This document shows, one piece after another, positions 8,808-17,685 of a DNA stretch of 32,823 nucleotides (position 1 is the stretch's first letter; every line of letters begins with the position of its first letter). The translations under genes were made by a program, and so were the position numbers. The DNA comes from Myxococcales bacterium. Lineage in GTDB: Bacteria; Myxococcota_A; Polyangia; Nannocystales; Nannocystaceae. The notes below the pieces were generated by a model. That model was not told the DNA's origin and did no database searches. It saw only the letters and a list, made by a program, of their open reading frames with translations. The stretch covers positions 1,405,828-1,438,650 of the forward strand of contig JACKDW010000001.1 in the NCBI GenBank assembly GCA_020633295.1. Direction: 5' to 3'.

Positions 8808-10591
8808 TACTCGACGATACGCTGGCCCGGCTGCATCTGGATCTCGTCGGTCGTGCCGTCGTGGGTCGGCAGGTGCAGCGTGCCGAGGTTGACCGCGAAG
8901 GCGTTGAGCCAGTACGGGCCGATCGTGATGCGCTCGTTGAGCGGCCACGCGCTGATGTCGATGGTCCCCTTCACGCCCGGCGTGACCGTGACCTCCCAGT
9001 CGAAGCGCGGGTTGTTCAGCCGCCAGCCGTAGGGGTACGTGCCCTTGTCGGCCTCGTACGGGATGGTCGTCGTGAACTCGCGGGTCGTGTCCTTGCTCCA
9101 CGACAGCTCGTGCTTCACCTGCGTCGTCTTGCCCTTGGTGCTCTTGATCGGCTCGCCGTCGAGCACCGATCGGTAGTCGATCTTCGGCTTGCCGGTGCCG
9201 CCGAGCTTGAAGCCGATCTGCGCGCTGCCGGAGACGAGCCCGAGCAGGCTCAGCTGCGTCCGCGTGACGCTCGCGGGGATCCACCAGTCGATCCCGCAGT
9301 TGCTGCCGCAGCTCTCGAAGGGCGGGGTGAACTGCTTGCCGTGATCGAACTGCAGGTTGTTCGGGATCTTCTCGTCGAGCAGCTTGCCCCCGAGCACCCA
9401 GAGCTTGACGCGGACGTAGGCGCCCGCGGTCAGCACCAGCTCCTTGCCGTCGAACACCTCGCTCTGCTTGAGGCCGACGCTCGAGTAGTAGCTCGCGTCC
9501 GCGTTGAGGACGTGCGGGTCGACGACCGTGCTGTACTCGGTCGCGCCGTAGGTCCGGCCCTTGGTCTTGAGCGTGGTCGGCGAGGTGTCGACCTTGAACT
9601 CCACGGGCACGCGCAGGCCGAAGCCGTACCAGGCGTGCGCGCCGATCTCGAACTCGCCGATGCCGAAGTCCCACTCCTCCTCCCACTCGAAGGAATTGTC
9701 GATGGTGAAGCCCGTCAGGAACTTCGCCACGTAGCTGGCCGCGCCGGTCCCCTGCACCGCGGGCAGGAAGCGCGAGATCGTGGGCGGCAGCGCCGGGTTG
9801 AGCACCGCGGTCGCCAGCTTCGAGTAGTTGAGCACGCCGTCGACGACGGTCGGCACGCGCAGCGACGTCGCCGACGCGCGCGCGAGCGTGCTCGTCGGCA
9901 CCGAGACGCGCGTCGTGATCGTGACGTCCCCGAGGCCCTCGCCGATCGCGTCGAGCAGCGCCTGGTCGCCGCCTTGGTTCATGGCCGCGACGAGCGGGTG
10001 CGACGACGGCTTGCCCGCGAGCTCGGCCTTGTAGGCGTTGAGCGCCGCGCGCTGCGTCTTGGTCAGCTGCTTGACGAGCATGCGCGCGCCCGGGCGCACG
10101 CTCCGGGGCAGCGGGGCCACGCGCGACAGCCCGCCGCGCAGCGCGTCCGCGTCGGTGACGGTGAAGGTCGTCGACGACACGAGCACCGTCGCCTGCGGCG
10201 TCTGGATGACCTGCTCGTCCATCGACGGCGCGCCGAGCAGCGCGCCCTTCGGCAGCGCGGCGAGCTGCGTGTTGAGCTGGTGATGGTTCGCGAGCACCTC
10301 GTCGGCCAGCGCCTCGACCTTGACGTCGCCGCGCCCCGCGACCTTGACCGTGTCGCGCTTGCGCAGCGACAGCGCGCCCTGCTTGACCACCCCGTCCTGC
10401 GCGACGCGGCGCTGCACGAGCGTCGGGCTCGCGTCGACGCTCGCCGCCGACGCGACCTGCGGCGCGAGCTGGAGCGTCAGCAGCGTGACGCCGGCGAAGA
10501 CCAGAACACCGCCGCGACGGGCGCGGCGACGACGAGAACTCGAGATTCCACCCACGGTCGCAGGGTACTCGCATCCCCTCGCGGCGCGCAC
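8807..10591 (-). CDS. Large secreted hypothetical protein (594 aa) with a twin-arginine-like signal peptide; family not recognised
   Basis: GTG start. The N-terminus SSSRRRRARRGGVLVFAGVTLLTLQLAPQVASAAS has an RR n-region, a hydrophobic core and an AxA site. The mature part is compositionally ordinary, beta-rich and Ser/Thr/Gly/Trp/Tyr-rich. The overlapping ORF 8769..10574 is an Arg-rich shadow frame. Confidence 0.6.
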   Translation of the reverse strand: MRAARGCEYPATVGGISSSRRRRARRGGVLVFAGVTLLTLQLAPQVASAASVDASPTLVQRRVAQDGVVKQGALSLRKRDTVKVAGRGDVKVEALADEVLANHHQLNTQLAALPKGALLGAPSMDEQVIQTPQATVLVSSTTFTVTDADALRGGLSRVAPLPRSVRPGARMLVKQLTKTQRAALNAYKAELAGKPSSHPLVAAMNQGGDQALLDAIGEGLGDVTITTRVSVPTSTLARASATSLRVPTVVDGVLNYSKLATAVLNPALPPTISRFLPAVQGTGAASYVAKFLTGFTIDNSFEWEEEWDFGIGEFEIGAHAWYGFGLRVPVEFKVDTSPTTLKTKGRTYGATEYSTVVDPHVLNADASYYSSVGLKQSEVFDGKELVLTAGAYVRVKLWVLGGKLLDEKIPNNLQFDHGKQFTPPFESCGSNCGIDWWIPASVTRTQLSLLGLVSGSAQIGFKLGGTGKPKIDYRSVLDGEPIKSTKGKTTQVKHELSWSKDTTREFTTTIPYEADKGTYPYGWRLNNPRFDWEVTVTPGVKGTIDISAWPLNERITIGPYWLNAFAVNLGTLHLPTHDGTTDEIQMQPGQRIVE

Positions 10592-10618
10592 CCGGCTCGC
10601 CCGCCGGCGCGTCGCTTT

Positions 10619-10639
10619 TACATGACTATAGAGACATAT
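10619..10639. promoter_or_regulatory. Copy 1 of the palindromic AT-rich motif TACATGACTATAGAGACATAT, 28-48 bp upstream of the secreted-protein gene start
   Basis: It is an AT island in about 72% GC DNA with ATGa-N8-ACAT inverted-repeat architecture. A TTGACC -35-like hexamer lies immediately upstream on the coding (minus) strand. It matches the copy at 13491-13511 at 17 of 19 positions. Confidence 0.45.
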
Positions 10640-10722
10640 TAAAGATCACGCGCGGTCAAGGCGGACCGCCGCGACGACGAGCAGCCCGCGGGCCCGCGCG
10701 CGACGAGCAGCGCCGCGGCGCG

Positions 10723-11769
10723 CTACCGCAGCGCCGGGAGCACCGCGACGAGCGCGACGCCGACGACGACCGCGAGGCCGATCAGCGCGACCGCGATGAA
10801 GACCGCGATCGTGCGCGGCGCGGGCCCCTCCGCCGGCGCGCGCCGGTCGCTCGCCTCGACGCCCACGGGCGTCGTCGCCGACGACGACCGCGTGAGCGCG
10901 GCCGCGGTCGCGGGCGCGAGCGAGTTCATCCCCAGCGCCTCGACGAGCACGCCGCCGACCTCCGGGTCGCGCTGGATCGCGGCCGCGGCCGCGAGCGCGG
11001 CGTCCGGATCGCCGAGGCGCTCGTGCGCGTGGATCCGGTACATCGCGAACATCAGGCGGTACTGGTGGGCCTCGGGCACGTCGCCGACGCGGGCCCCGAC
11101 GAGCTCGCGCACGCGCGCCGCGTCGCCCTCGCGGACCAGCACCGACGCGAGCCCGACGCGATAGGCGCTGTCGAGCACCACGTCCTCGGGCGCGGGGTCA
11201 CAGCGCTCGATCCAGGCGCGCGCCGCCGCGAGCGCCCCCAGGCTCGCGGCCGCGCCGGCGAGGTTGACGAACAGGAGGTGGCGAAAGCCCGGGTCGCGCA
11301 GCTCCTCGATCGCGCGCTCGAGCACCGCGCGGCGCTCGAGGTGCTTCCCGCCCATCCCGTAGCCCTGGTTCAGCATCGTCGCGCACCACCACAGCAGGCG
11401 CTGATGCTCGACGCGCGGCGCGGCGCGGACGAGCGCCGCGGCCTCGCGAAAGCGCCGCGCCAGCTGCTCCTGGACGTCCGCGAGCCCCGAGCGCGTGAGC
11501 GACTCGCAGCCGGGCGGCGGGCGCACCGTCGAGTATGGGTTGTCGGGGAGCGGGCGCCCGGCCTGCAGGCGCAGCGCGGCGAGCCGCGCCTCGCCCTCGA
11601 GCGTGTGAGCGAGCCGCGCGGGCTCGAGGCGTCGCCGCCCGATCAACATCTGCACGCCGCAGTACTCGCAGGTCACGCTGCCGCCGGTCTCCTCCACCCG
11701 CGCCGGCGCGCCGCAGCGCTCGCAGCTGAGCACGCGGAGCTCGACGTCAAACGTCCGCTGCATCGTCAC
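10723..11769 (-). CDS. Hypothetical protein with an N-terminal zinc ribbon (CxxC...CxxC), helical repeat region and a C-terminal transmembrane anchor
   Basis: N-terminus LSCERCGAPARVEETGGSVTCEYCGV. The C-terminus TIAVFIAVALIGLAVVVGVALVAVLPALR is a hydrophobic tail anchor. Start is GTG 11769 or ATG 11763. Confidence 0.55.
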   Translation of the reverse strand: MTMQRTFDVELRVLSCERCGAPARVEETGGSVTCEYCGVQMLIGRRRLEPARLAHTLEGEARLAALRLQAGRPLPDNPYSTVRPPPGCESLTRSGLADVQEQLARRFREAAALVRAAPRVEHQRLLWWCATMLNQGYGMGGKHLERRAVLERAIEELRDPGFRHLLFVNLAGAAASLGALAAARAWIERCDPAPEDVVLDSAYRVGLASVLVREGDAARVRELVGARVGDVPEAHQYRLMFAMYRIHAHERLGDPDAALAAAAAIQRDPEVGGVLVEALGMNSLAPATAAALTRSSSATTPVGVEASDRRAPAEGPAPRTIAVFIAVALIGLAVVVGVALVAVLPALR

Positions 11770-11889
11770 CCGCGCACGAGCGTACCAGCGAAGCGCGCGG
11801 GCCCGGGGCCCCGCGGCGAGCGATCGGCCCGGAGGTGCACACGAGCGCGCGCGCCCCCGCGCGCCCGCGCGCCCGTCGAGGCGCGGCGC

Positions 11890-13335
11890 TCAGCCGACCG
11901 GCGGGAAGGTCACGAGCTTGAGCCCGGCGCCCGTCATGTCGGAGTAGGTGTAGGGCTGGTTGAGGCCCGTCACGGTCAGCTGGACCGCGTAGTTCTGCGG
12001 GCTGATCTTGAACGCCTGGTTCGCGCCCTGGTCTACGAGCCAGATGAAGCCGTCGACGTCGACGCTGACCCCGACCGGCGACACGCAGCCCGGGATCGCC
12101 ACGAGCGGCGCGACCGTCGACTTGCTCTTGACGTCGATGACCGCGAGCCCGCAGCCGCCGAGCAGCCCGGCGCCGACGTCGACGGCGTAGTAGGCCCGGT
12201 CCGCGTCCGAGACCATCACGCCGCGCATCGACTGGTTACCCGTGTTAATGAAGCTCCACTGCCCGCTCGCGGCGTCGAAGCTCGCCGCGACGCCGGCGCT
12301 CGCGATCCACGGGTTGCCGTACTGGTCGAGCGCCATGCCGTAGGTCCACATCTGCCCCGAGGGCGGCTGCGGGACCTCGACGCGCTCGACGTCGAGCGTG
12401 TCCCCGTCGATGCGGATGAGCGGCCCCTGCTGCCAACCGATGACCCAGAAGTCGAGGTTCTTGTCGACCGCGCCGCCGTACGGGCCGTAGCTGAGCTGGG
12501 CCAGCGCGGATGACCAGCCCGGCACCGCGACCTCGTCCTCGGCCTCGCCCGTGACGCTGCTCAGCCGGCGAAAGCGCCCCGTGTTGGCCGCGTAGTCGTA
12601 CCAGCCGATCCACACGCGCGGGTTCGCGTTGGCGCAGCCGTCGAGGCCGACCGCGCCCTCCCACGCGACCGGCCGCGGCCCGTGCTGATAATGGTCCGAG
12701 GGGATCGGGTGGTTCCACACCACGCACTCGTCCTGGAACCACGGGTACACGTCCCCGGCGCCGCTCGAGGTCTCGATCACGCCGTTGTTGTTGCGATCGA
12801 CGCAGTCGTCCGGGCGCGCCGCGATCTTCGTGATGCTGCCCGCCGACGGGCTGCCGACGATCCCGCCGCCGCGGTTGACGACGACCGCGTCGCCGTAGAG
12901 GCCGACGGAGGTCCGCGACGGCTCGGAGACCGCCTCGGGCCCCGTCCTGTAGCGCGCGAGCTCGACGCCCGACTTCGTGTCGATCTTCGACACGGTGCCC
13001 TCCGGCGAGTTCGCGATCCAGATGTTCGAAAAGTCAGGCGTGTTGCCGGTCGGCCCCCCGCCCCAGCAGTCGCCGCCGCCGCCGGGCAGCGCGTCGGTCT
13101 CGAAGCCGTCGCCCATGTCGAACTTCATGTCGGCGCCGCCCGAGTTGGTCAGGTCGATGCCCGAGCCGCTCGTCGAGGCCGTGACCCCGGGGCTCGAGAC
13201 GGCGCCGCTGTCGATGTCAGAGTCCGAGTCGCCTGACCCGCCCCCGCCGCAGCCCGCGCCCACGCAGGTGAAGAGCGTGCCCGAGAGGAGCACCGCGCAC
13301 CAAGGGACGACCACCACGAGACCACGACGACGCAT
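11890..13335 (-). CDS. Secreted lipoprotein, probable beta-propeller (Vgb/SMP-30-like repeat character), Gly/Asp-rich N-terminal linker
   Basis: ATG start. The signal MRRRGLVVVVPWCAVLLSGTLFTC is followed by a Cys and Gly/Ser/Asp linker. Repeated blades have the character NIWIANSPEGTVSKID, GFIWLVDQGANQAFKI and GNPWIASAG. Confidence 0.6.
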   Translation of the reverse strand: MRRRGLVVVVPWCAVLLSGTLFTCVGAGCGGGGSGDSDSDIDSGAVSSPGVTASTSGSGIDLTNSGGADMKFDMGDGFETDALPGGGGDCWGGGPTGNTPDFSNIWIANSPEGTVSKIDTKSGVELARYRTGPEAVSEPSRTSVGLYGDAVVVNRGGGIVGSPSAGSITKIAARPDDCVDRNNNGVIETSSGAGDVYPWFQDECVVWNHPIPSDHYQHGPRPVAWEGAVGLDGCANANPRVWIGWYDYAANTGRFRRLSSVTGEAEDEVAVPGWSSALAQLSYGPYGGAVDKNLDFWVIGWQQGPLIRIDGDTLDVERVEVPQPPSGQMWTYGMALDQYGNPWIASAGVAASFDAASGQWSFINTGNQSMRGVMVSDADRAYYAVDVGAGLLGGCGLAVIDVKSKSTVAPLVAIPGCVSPVGVSVDVDGFIWLVDQGANQAFKISPQNYAVQLTVTGLNQPYTYSDMTGAGLKLVTFPPVG

Positions 13336-13490
13336 GTTGTTGCGCTACCACAGAAGCCGCGCCGCGTGGGCTCCGACGCGCGCGCGCCGAGGCGCGGCGG
13401 GCGAGCGACCGCGGCGCCGCGCCGCGGCCCCGAACTCCGTGTGCACACAACGTTCTCGAGCGGCCCGGCCGCGACGTCGCGCGCTCCGGG

Positions 13491-13511
13491 TACATGTCTA
13501 TACAGACATCC
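13491..13511. promoter_or_regulatory. Copy 2 of the palindromic motif TACATGTCTATACAGACATCC (perfect ATGTCT-N4-AGACAT inverted repeat), upstream of the beta-propeller lipoprotein gene
   Basis: It is an AT-rich island about 155 bp upstream of the minus-strand start at 13335 and downstream of the kinase stop. Its half-sites ATGTCT/AGACAT are exact reverse complements. A TGTGCACA palindrome lies 40 bp away at 13442-13449. Confidence 0.45.
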
Positions 13512-13615
13512 CAAAACCACAGGTCCCAAAGCTCAGGCTCGTTTTCACGCGCGCGCGCTCCGCGCGCGCGCGCCGGCGAGATCGCGCCGACCCGACGCGC
13601 GCCGCCGCGCGCCGC

Positions 13616-16270
13616 TCAGGCGCCGCGCGCCGCCGCGTTGAGCCGCTCGACCAGCACGTCCGGCGAGACCGGCTTCGTCATCACGTCGGCGATGCCCAGC
13701 TCGCGCAGCGTCAGCATGTTCTCCGGGGTCACGAAGCCCGAGGTCGCGATCACGAGCGCCTCGGTCGCGCGCTCGCGCTTGATGACGCGGCACAGCTCGA
13801 CGCCCGACATCCCCGGCATCCGCAGGTCGACGACGATCGCGTCGAAGCGCTCGGCGTCGATCGCCGTGAGCGCGGCGGGCCCCGTCGACGCCGTGCGCAC
13901 GCTCCAGCCGAAGCGACGCAGGTAGCCCGAGAGCGCGACCAGGAGCACCTCCTCGTCGTCGACGAGCAGCACGCGCCCGCGCTCGACCGAAGGCCGCCCG
14001 CGCGCGCCGCTCGCCGCGCCGCGCCGCTGCACCGCGCGCTCCTCCGACTCGGCCGCCGGGATCGAGATGACGAAGCGCGCCCCGCCCCCGGGCGCGGGCT
14101 CGTGGCGCAGCGAGCCGTGGTGGTCGGCGACGATGCCGTAGGCGAGCGAGAGCCCGAGCCCGGTGCCGTCCCCGAGCTCCTTGGTCGTGAAGAAGGGATC
14201 GAAGATGCGCGCGGCGTGCTCTTCGGCGACGCCGGGGCCGTTGTCCTCGATCACGTACTCGACCCGCGCGCCGTCCTTGCGCGCGGCGATCAGGACGCGC
14301 TTGGCGTGCTCGCGCTCGTCGTCCTGGAGCGCGTGGAGGGCGTTGCTCAGGATGTTGAGGAAGACCTGCTGCAAGCGCACCCGATCGGCGCGCACGGGCG
14401 GCAGCGGGCCGATCTCGCGCACGACCTTGATGTCGGCGAGGCGGAACTGCTCGCTCAGCAGCATGAGCGCGCGGTCCAGCGACGCGCGCGCGTCGATCGT
14501 CTGCATCTCGAGCTCGCTGGTCCGCGCGAACCCGCGGATGTTGTCGACGATCCGCGCCATGCGCTCGATCTGCTCGATGATCAGGTCCTGCTCGCGCGTG
14601 AACGCGACGAGCGGCGCGCTCGGCATGGAGCGCATGGTCTCGACGAAGATCCGGATCGCGGTGAGCGGCTGGTTGAGCTCGTGCGCGACGCTGGCCCCCA
14701 GCTCGCCCATCGCCGCGAGCTTCCCGGCCTGGACCAGCTGCGCCTGCACCCGCTTCAGCTCGGTGATGTCCTGCGCGACCATGTAGAGCCGCTCGACCTG
14801 CCCGCCGCGCAGCTCGGGGATCACGTGCACCGTGAAGTGCATCATCCCGGACGGCATCGGCACGGCGACCTCGCTCGAGGCCAACCGCCCGGCGAGCCCC
14901 TCGTCGAACAGCGGGCGCACGAGCTGGACCAGCGACTCCCCGGCGATGTCGCCGAAGCGCGTGCCGATGACCTGCTCGCGCGTCTGCCCGCGCGCCTCGC
15001 AGTAGCGCTTGTTGACGAAGCGGTAGCGCAGCTCGCTGTCGAGCGCGGCGATCATGACCGGGATGTTGTCGGTGATCAGCAGCAGCTGCTCCTCGCGCGC
15101 GCGCGCGCGTCGCTCGGCCGCGGCCGCGCGCCGCTCGGCCCGCTTGATCGCGGTGACGTCCTGCATCACGATCCCGACCGAGCGCACCACGCCCTCGTCG
15201 ATGATCGGGTACAGCTTGATCAGCCAGTCGTACTCCTGCGCGCCGCCGCGCGGCGGGACCCCGGTGAACGCGAACTCGACCGGCTCGCCCGTCTCGACCA
15301 CCCGGGCGAAGACCGGCTCGACCGGGTCCGCGTGGCGGCCGAGCACCTCGCGGATCGTCCGACCGATGTGCGCATGGACCGGCGCGCCGTTGATCGAGGC
15401 GAGCTGCTCGTTGATCCGCTGGTAGCGCAGGTCGCTCCCGACGAGCGCGAGGCCGACCGGCGTGGTGCCGTAGAGCCGCTGCAGCTCGACGAGCTGGGCC
15501 CGCGCGACCGCCTCGCTCTCGCGCAGCGTCCGCTCGACCGCGCGGCGCTGCGCGACCTCGAGCTCGAGCGCCCGGTTCGCCTCCGTCAGCTGGCGCGTGC
15601 GCTCGGCGACCATCCGCTCGAGCTCCTCGCTCCGCTGCGCGCGCTCGCTCTCTAGGTTTCGCGACTCACGGTGCGCGTGGACGATCGTCGCGCACGTCGC
15701 GAGCAAGGGCTCGAGCGCGTCGACCAGCGACGCGTCGTAGCCCCCCGGCCGGTTCGCGATCCCGACCATCCCGATCATCACGCCGCGCCGGGAGAACGGG
15801 ACGCCGAAGAACGCGCGCAGCGGCGGGTGCCCGGTCGGCACCCCGGTGCTGCGAGGGTCGCGCGCGGGGTCGTTGGCGACGATCGGCTCGGCGCTCGTGA
15901 TCACGCGCCCGAACAGCGTGTCGAGATTTCTGAACTCGAGCCCGCTCTCGACGTGCTGCTCGTAGAACGCGCGCGACGCGGCGTCCCACGCGATGTTCGT
16001 GATCACGTGCGACTTCAGGTACGGAGTCCACACGCCGTCGCGCAGCTCGTGGTGAACCTCGCCGATGAAGCCGTACTCGCTCTCCGTGAGAGCGAGCAGG
16101 CTGTCGAGCAGCGCGCGAAACAGCCGCCTCGGCTCGACGTCGTCGATGTACCGCATCTGCGCGCGGTGAATCGCGGTCAAGAGGTCCCGTGTGAAGCTCT
16201 CCTGCACGTCCCCGGATCCTGCCGCTGACCAGCCGCGCCCGCGACCGCGTCGCTCCTCATGAGCATACAT
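13616..16270 (-). CDS. Cytoplasmic hybrid sensor histidine kinase: GAF, two PAS domains, HisKA, HATPase_c and a C-terminal receiver domain
   Basis: ATG at 16270 gives MYAHEERRG. GAF-like region GFIGEVHH...AFFGVPF, PAS segments, H-box SVAHELNQPL, N/G boxes IEDNGPGV and GTGLGLS, and receiver LLVDDEEV...DLRMPGMSG...K. No transmembrane segments. The upstream in-frame Cys/Arg-rich extension is judged non-coding. Confidence 0.8.
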   Translation of the reverse strand: MYAHEERRGRGRGWSAAGSGDVQESFTRDLLTAIHRAQMRYIDDVEPRRLFRALLDSLLALTESEYGFIGEVHHELRDGVWTPYLKSHVITNIAWDAASRAFYEQHVESGLEFRNLDTLFGRVITSAEPIVANDPARDPRSTGVPTGHPPLRAFFGVPFSRRGVMIGMVGIANRPGGYDASLVDALEPLLATCATIVHAHRESRNLESERAQRSEELERMVAERTRQLTEANRALELEVAQRRAVERTLRESEAVARAQLVELQRLYGTTPVGLALVGSDLRYQRINEQLASINGAPVHAHIGRTIREVLGRHADPVEPVFARVVETGEPVEFAFTGVPPRGGAQEYDWLIKLYPIIDEGVVRSVGIVMQDVTAIKRAERRAAAAERRARAREEQLLLITDNIPVMIAALDSELRYRFVNKRYCEARGQTREQVIGTRFGDIAGESLVQLVRPLFDEGLAGRLASSEVAVPMPSGMMHFTVHVIPELRGGQVERLYMVAQDITELKRVQAQLVQAGKLAAMGELGASVAHELNQPLTAIRIFVETMRSMPSAPLVAFTREQDLIIEQIERMARIVDNIRGFARTSELEMQTIDARASLDRALMLLSEQFRLADIKVVREIGPLPPVRADRVRLQQVFLNILSNALHALQDDEREHAKRVLIAARKDGARVEYVIEDNGPGVAEEHAARIFDPFFTTKELGDGTGLGLSLAYGIVADHHGSLRHEPAPGGGARFVISIPAAESEERAVQRRGAASGARGRPSVERGRVLLVDDEEVLLVALSGYLRRFGWSVRTASTGPAALTAIDAERFDAIVVDLRMPGMSGVELCRVIKRERATEALVIATSGFVTPENMLTLRELGIADVMTKPVSPDVLVERLNAAARGA

Positions 16271-16350
16271 GACAATTGAGGAATTACCGTCGCCGAGCCG
16301 CGGGTAATTGTACCTGCTGCATTTTTGGACAGGTTTGAATTTTTCCGCGT
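16265..16350. promoter_or_regulatory. AT-rich leader/promoter region of the hybrid kinase, containing a degenerate third copy of the TACATGAC motif and an AATTACCG/CGGGTAATT inverted repeat
   Basis: TACATGACAATTGAGGAATTA (16265-16285) matches motif copy 1 at 15 of 21 positions and overlaps the kinase start codon. The inverted repeat is 16282-16289 with 16301-16309. The stretch TTTTTGGACAGGTTTGAATTTTTCC (16322-16346) holds a TACAAT -10-like hexamer on the minus strand. Confidence 0.35.
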
Positions 16351-16379
16351 CGCGTCGCGCCCCACGGGCGCACGCGAGC

Positions 16380-17660
16380 TCACGCGCCCGCGAGCTCGCG
16401 GGCGCTCGGCAGCGGGCGCACGCGCCAGCCGAGCACGAAGCCGAGCACGAGCACGCCCGCCATGATGTACAGCGTCGTGTCATACACGTGCACACGGCTC
16501 GCGCCCTCGGGCAGCGCCGCGATCGCGAGCTCGCGGGTGCGCGTGATCAGGATCGGCCCCGCGATCCCGGCGGCGCTCCAGGCCAGCAGGATGACGCCGT
16601 GCACCGCGCCCACGTTGCGGGCGCCGAACAGGTCGGCGAGGAACGCCGGGATCGTCGCGAAGCCGCCGCCGTACATCGAGAAGATCGTGACGACCGCGAT
16701 CTGAAACAAGAGCCAGCTCCCGCTGGCGCCGAACTGCGGGATCAGCACGAACAGCAGCGCCTGCGCGGCGAAGAAGATCAGGAACACGGCGCGCCGGCCG
16801 ATGTAGTCGGAGATGGTCGCCCAGAAAAACCGGCCGCCCGCGTTAAACCCGCCGATCACCGAGAGCATCACCGCGGCCTGCTCGGGCGTGCGCCCGAACA
16901 CGTCCTGCATTAAAGGTGACCCTTGGGACAGAATTGAGATGCCGGCGCTGATGTTGATGAACAGCATGAACCACAGCAGCCAGAACTGGCGCGTGCGCAC
17001 GGCCTTCCCTAACGTGAGGTCCGGCTCGGCCCTGCTGCCCGCGCCGACCGCCGGGGGCGTCCACCCCTCCGGCGTCCACCCCTCCGGCGGCCGCCTGAGC
17101 GCGCGCGCGGCCAGCAGCATGACGACCGCGTAGACGCCCCCGAGCGTGTAGAGGGTCGCGGGCACGCCGGAGCTGTCGATGAGCCAGCGCATCACGGGCG
17201 CCGCGATCACGGCGCCGCCGCCGAAGCCGAGCACCGCCATGCCGGTCGCCATCCCGCGGCGGTCCGGGAACCACTTCACGAGCGCGCTGACGGGCGAGAT
17301 GTAGGCGAGCCCGAGGCCGACCCCGCCGATCACGCCGTAGCCGAGGTACAGCAGCCACAGCTGCCCGGTCCCGACCCCGAGCCCGCCGACCGCCATGCCG
17401 CCGCCGAACAGCAGCGCCGCGAGCGTCGCCGCGCGCTTTGGACCATGTCGCTCCAGCCAGGTTCCGCCGAACGCCGCGCTGATCCCGAGCAGCGCGATCG
17501 CGATCGAGAAGGTGTAGGCCGACACGCTCGTCCACGCCGGGTGAAGCGCGGCGATCGGCTTGTTGAACACGCTCCACGCGTAGACGGAGCCGACGCAGAG
17601 GTGGATGGCGACGGCCGCAGGCGGGATCAGCCAACGATTCGGCTTCGGCATCGCCGCCAT
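16380..17660 (-). CDS. MFS transporter, oxalate/formate antiporter (OFA)-like family
   Basis: Twelve predicted hydrophobic helices and MFS signature-like GxLxDRxGRR (ISDYIGRRAVFLI). Start taken as ATG 17660 (MAAMPKPNRWLIPP). The upstream in-frame Ser/Arg-rich extension to 18470 is rejected. Confidence 0.7.
   Translation of the reverse strand: MAAMPKPNRWLIPPAAVAIHLCVGSVYAWSVFNKPIAALHPAWTSVSAYTFSIAIALLGISAAFGGTWLERHGPKRAATLAALLFGGGMAVGGLGVGTGQLWLLYLGYGVIGGVGLGLAYISPVSALVKWFPDRRGMATGMAVLGFGGGAVIAAPVMRWLIDSSGVPATLYTLGGVYAVVMLLAARALRRPPEGWTPEGWTPPAVGAGSRAEPDLTLGKAVRTRQFWLLWFMLFINISAGISILSQGSPLMQDVFGRTPEQAAVMLSVIGGFNAGGRFFWATISDYIGRRAVFLIFFAAQALLFVLIPQFGASGSWLLFQIAVVTIFSMYGGGFATIPAFLADLFGARNVGAVHGVILLAWSAAGIAGPILITRTRELAIAALPEGASRVHVYDTTLYIMAGVLVLGFVLGWRVRPLPSARELAGA
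17046..17080. repeat. Perfect 15-bp tandem duplication (GGCGTCCACCCCTCC x2 plus a partial copy) inside the MFS gene
   Basis: Seen directly in the sequence. It encodes the duplicated pentapeptide PEGWTPEGWTP in the central loop and keeps the frame. Confidence 0.8.
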
Positions 17661-17685
17661 GATACGGCAGCGGCCGCGCGCCCGA

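Noticed and set aside
8861-10642. 593-aa + strand ORF and the 601-aa minus-strand ORF 8769..10574 overlapping the secreted-protein gene
   Set aside because: Both are extreme Arg/Ala/Asp low-complexity translations. The 8807..10591 frame has normal composition and a signal peptide.
11770-11889. GGGCCCGGGGCCCC-containing GC hairpin downstream of the lipoprotein gene
   Set aside because: It could be a terminator-like stem, but it is made of generic GC palindromes common in this genome and has no U-tract. It is not distinctive enough to annotate.
11023-15655. Long + strand ORFs (11023..12513, 12977..15655) antisense to the lipoprotein and hybrid-kinase genes
   Set aside because: Low-complexity Arg/Asp/Ala-rich. 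The opposite-strand frames contain clear HisKA/HATPase/REC and signal-peptide features.
16266-16495. Upstream Cys/Arg-rich extension of the hybrid kinase ORF (MCTCMTRRCTSWRACSCS...)
   Set aside because: Nonsensical composition, and it spans the AT-rich intergenic region. The GAF domain begins shortly after MYAHEE at 16270.
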